Source of the DNA: Pseudomonas aeruginosa
Lineage (GTDB): Bacteria; Pseudomonadota; Gammaproteobacteria; Pseudomonadales; Pseudomonadaceae
Direction: 5' to 3'
DNA: 32,000 bases
NCBI RefSeq assembly: GCF_001457615.1
Contig: NZ_LN831024.1
Location: 2,520,001-2,552,000, forward strand
Positions 29,428 to 32,000 of this stretch are shown piece by piece; within the stretch, counting starts at the first letter, position 1; each line of letters begins with the position of its first letter. Below the pieces are notes generated by a model. The model was not told the origin of the DNA. It did no database searches and saw only the letters and a program-made list of their open reading frames with translations. Made by a program: the position numbers and the translations under genes.

Positions 29428-31011
29428 TCAGATCACGAAGAAGCCGTGGGTTCCGTCGCGACCGAGTTGTTCCACCAGGCCGAACTCCCAGTCCAGGTAG
29501 CCCTGCATCGCTTCGCGCGGATTGTCGGTACCTTCGTAGGGGCGGCGGTAGCGGTCGATGCGCGGCGACGCCAACAGGCTTTCGCCGTCTTCCGTTGGCA
29601 GGCCCGCGGCGACCCAGGCGCTGGTGCCGCCGTCGAGAAGGAACACCGGCTTGCCGCTGAGTGCCTGGACTTCCGCCACGGCGAAGCGCGCCAGCAGGCT
29701 GCTGCCGCAGGTGAGTACGTAGCGCTCGGCCGTGCCCAGCCGTTCCAGTGCCTGCTTCAACTGGCTGCGCAATACCCAGGCGGCGCCGGGGATGTGGCGT
29801 TTCGCATAGTTGGCGCTGGCGGTGAAGTCGAGCACCCGGGTGCCCGGTTCGCCCAGCCAGTCGGCGAGGGTGGTCGGGTCGATGGTGTCGGCCCGGGGTT
29901 GCCTCGGCAGCGGCGCGCTCCAGGCGCCTCTCTCGCTTAAGTCGGCGTCGGAGAGTCCGTCCAGTACCGCGACCTGCCAGCCCATCTGGGCTAGCCAGGA
30001 GGCGCTCATGTTGGCGCGTACGCCATCGTCGTCCACCAGTACCAGGCGCGCGCCGCGCACGCTGGCGACATGGTCGGTTTCCTGAACCAGCTGGCCACCG
30101 GGCGTGGAGCGGGAGCCAGGCAGGTGACCGGCTTCGTATTCCTCGGGCGTGCGTACGTCGAGCAGGTAGGTGGTGCGGTCGTGCTCGTCCTGCCATTGGG
30201 CCAGACCGGCCAGGTCGAGGCGTTCGACGCCGGCGCGGTCGGCGACGGCACGGGCGCGCTGGGCGGCGGCCTTGCGAGTGTCCTGGGAGATCGCACCGAA
30301 GCGTCGCGTCTGGCCGTGTTCCAGTTGCTGACCGGCCAGCGTCCAGCCGATGGTGCCGTTGCGTAATGCCGCCACCGGGTTGGGGATGCCGGCGTTGAGC
30401 AGCGACTGGGTACCGATGATGCTACGAGTGCGCCCGGCACAGTTGACTATCACCCGGGTGCGCGGGTCCGGCGCCAGTTCGGCGACGCGCAGCACCAGTT
30501 CGGCGCCGGGCACGCTGATGCCGCCGGGGATACTCATGGTCTGGTATTCGTCGAAACGACGGGCATCCAGGATCACCGCGTCGGCCCTGGCGTCGAGCAA
30601 AGCCTGTACTTCCTCCGCGGCCAGCGATGGCGTGTGGCGCTCGGCCTCCACCAGTTCGCCGAAGGCCTTGCTCGGCACGTTCACATCCCTGAACAGCTCG
30701 CCGCCGGCGTTGCGCCAACCGGACAGGCCGCCATCGAGCAAGGCCACGTCGCTGTAGCCGAGGTCGTGGAGGCGTTGCGCGGCGACCGGCGCCAGGCCTT
30801 CGCCGTCGTCGTAGACGGTAATCGGCGTGTCGCGGCGCGGCACCCGGGCATGGATCTCCAGTTCCAGCCTGGACAGCGGCAGGTTGGCGGCGAACAGGGG
30901 ATGGGCCTGGGCGAACGGGTCCTCCTCGCGCACGTCGAGCAGCGCCAGCTCCCGGCGGGCGAGGAGAGCGGCGCGGATATCGTGGAAGGTGCGTACGGCG
31001 ATCTGGCTCAT
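29428..31011 (-). CDS. Four-rhodanese-domain sulfurtransferase
   Basis: 527 aa with four tandem rhodanese-like modules. Modules 2 and 4 carry Cys loops (VNCAGRTRS; LTCGSSLLA). Modules 1 and 3 have Asp at the equivalent position (VYDDGEG; LVDDDGVRA), the inactive/active tandem pattern of thiosulfate sulfurtransferases, duplicated. The ATG overlaps the upstream gene's stop (ATGA at 31008-31011). Confidence 0.85.
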   Translation of the reverse strand: MSQIAVRTFHDIRAALLARRELALLDVREEDPFAQAHPLFAANLPLSRLELEIHARVPRRDTPITVYDDGEGLAPVAAQRLHDLGYSDVALLDGGLSGWRNAGGELFRDVNVPSKAFGELVEAERHTPSLAAEEVQALLDARADAVILDARRFDEYQTMSIPGGISVPGAELVLRVAELAPDPRTRVIVNCAGRTRSIIGTQSLLNAGIPNPVAALRNGTIGWTLAGQQLEHGQTRRFGAISQDTRKAAAQRARAVADRAGVERLDLAGLAQWQDEHDRTTYLLDVRTPEEYEAGHLPGSRSTPGGQLVQETDHVASVRGARLVLVDDDGVRANMSASWLAQMGWQVAVLDGLSDADLSERGAWSAPLPRQPRADTIDPTTLADWLGEPGTRVLDFTASANYAKRHIPGAAWVLRSQLKQALERLGTAERYVLTCGSSLLARFAVAEVQALSGKPVFLLDGGTSAWVAAGLPTEDGESLLASPRIDRYRRPYEGTDNPREAMQGYLDWEFGLVEQLGRDGTHGFFVI

Positions 31012-31612
31012 GCGGGGTTCTCTTTCGACAGGTCCCAGATATTGGGCAAGCGGCTGTTGGAATAGCTGGAAATGAAGGGTTTTTCCTCACCTTCGGCGCT
31101 GAACACGGCACGCCGTACCGCACCGATATTGGCGCCGTAGACGTGGATACTGATGGATGTTCGGTCGCTGAAGGCGTTGCTCACCTGGTGCACGTCGCCA
31201 ATGCGTGGCGACAGCGCTTCGACCTCGCCGGGCTCCAGGCGTCGACGGGCTCCGCTGGGATGCGGACGCCCCCCCGCATCGAAGGCGTACGGCTGCGAGT
31301 ATTCGGCCCGCGGAGCATGCCGATCAGGCCCCAGACCCGATGATCGTGTACCGGTGTGATCTGGCCCGGCCCCCAGACGAAGCTGACCACCGAGAAGCGC
31401 TGCCGTGAGTCGACATGCAGCAGGTACTGTTGGTAGCGCTGTGGATCGGGGCGGGCGCAGTCTTCCGGCAGCCAGTCGTCCTGGCGCACCAGCTCGGCCA
31501 GCAGGGGGTGGGCTTGGGCGAGCAGGGTGGATTCGTCGGGACGGCTGTCGAGCAGTGTCGCCAGCTCGCCGATGAACTGGCGCAGGCGGTCGAGGCGCAG
31601 GATGGATGACAT
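31008..31612 (-). pseudogene. mdo: Cysteine-dioxygenase-type-I family thiol dioxygenase (3-mercaptopropionate dioxygenase-like), split by a 1-nt frameshift
   Basis: ATG at 31612 (MSSILRLDRLRQFIGEL...), GGAG 11 nt upstream. Frame 1 carries the cupin HDH metal motif (ITPVHDHRVWGLIGMLRG), then turns into Arg/Ser/Pro-rich junk ending at 31181. The homologous continuation AEYSQPYAFDAGGRPHPSG...IGDVHQVSNAFSDRTSISIHVYGANIG...ENPA is in another frame and runs to the stop at 31008. The two frames rejoin if one G/C is added at the CCC run at 31307-31309. Confidence 0.75.
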
Positions 31613-31663
31613 GCGGGGATTCACTCCGGGAAGTTCTGGCGGTACGGTAGCAAACGCTTTTTT

Positions 31664-31710
31664 ATTCCTGAAATGCATTTTGAATCTAAGCTAATATGCG
31701 AGAAATGCAA
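31664..31710. promoter_or_regulatory. Putative LysR operator/divergent promoter region
   Basis: AT-rich 112-bp spacer between the dioxygenase start (31612) and the LysR start (31725). It holds a perfect 10-bp palindrome AAATGCATTT (31671-31680) nested in ATTC-N14-GAAT (31664-31685). GAAATGCA occurs twice as a direct repeat (31670-31677 and 31702-31709). Confidence 0.35.
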
Positions 31711-31724
31711 TTGGTGCCGGCCCC

Positions 31725-32000
31725 ATGAAAATCGATGACATCGACGCCTTCGTCGCGGTGATCCGCAACGCTTCCCTGAGCCAGGCCGCCGAGAGCCTGG
31801 GCCTGACCCAGTCTGCGATCACCCGGCGGGTACAGAGCCTGGAGGAGTCCCTCGGAGTGGCATTGCTGGACCGCAATACCAAGCCGCTCAAACCCACCGC
31901 CAGCGGACTGCGGGTCTACGAACAGTGCCGGCGGGTGCTCCGCGAGGTGGATGGCCTGCGTGAACTGGTGGCCGGTGACGCCACACCAAGTGGCGTGCTG
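31725..32000 (+). CDS. LysR-family transcriptional regulator (N-terminal 92 aa; runs off the right edge)
   Basis: Open frame from ATG at 31725; not in the ORF track because it is open-ended. My translation: MKIDDIDAFVAVIRNASLSQAAESLGLTQSAITRRVQSLEESLGVALLDRNTKPLKPTASGLRVYEQ, a canonical LysR wHTH. It is divergent from the dioxygenase-rhodanese operon. Confidence 0.85.
   Translation, partial: MKIDDIDAFVAVIRNASLSQAAESLGLTQSAITRRVQSLEESLGVALLDRNTKPLKPTASGLRVYEQCRRVLREVDGLRELVAGDATPSGVL

Overview
This is a high-GC (about 65%) gammaproteobacterial chromosome segment. Gene content and order match my recollection of the Pseudomonas aeruginosa core genome (roughly PA2633 to PA2601 in PAO1 numbering, from memory and not searched). 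The window is almost wholly housekeeping. Left to right: partial exported secretin-N-like gene, unknown 206-aa gene, GNAT, roxA/ycfD (all -); purB, EamA transporter, hflD, mnmA, nudJ (-); idh (-) and icd (+), divergent; cspD (-); clpS-clpA (+); infA, bpt, aat, trxB (-); ftsK-lolA-rarA-serS-cysG (+); yqjG-like Xi GST (-); tusD-tusC-tusB-tusE plus a ybiB/TrpD2-like gene (-); yccA (-); tRNA-Ser(UGA) (+); a four-domain rhodanese and a thiol dioxygenase gene (-); partial LysR regulator (+). I see no CRISPR array, IS element, integrase, prophage or obvious foreign island, and no convincing undescribed multi-gene system. The items worth a second look are modest. (1) The thiol-dioxygenase gene is split by a 1-nt frameshift. 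(2) It is ATGA-coupled to the four-domain rhodanese, under a divergent LysR gene. (3) The five tusDCBE/ybiB-like genes each overlap the next by 1-4 nt. (4) A perfect 9-bp hairpin sequesters the Shine-Dalgarno of the Xi-GST gene, next to an AT-rich palindromic island. (5) A tightly coupled roxA-GNAT-unknown-exported protein operon lies at the left edge. The many long ORFs antisense to real genes are high-GC shadow frames.
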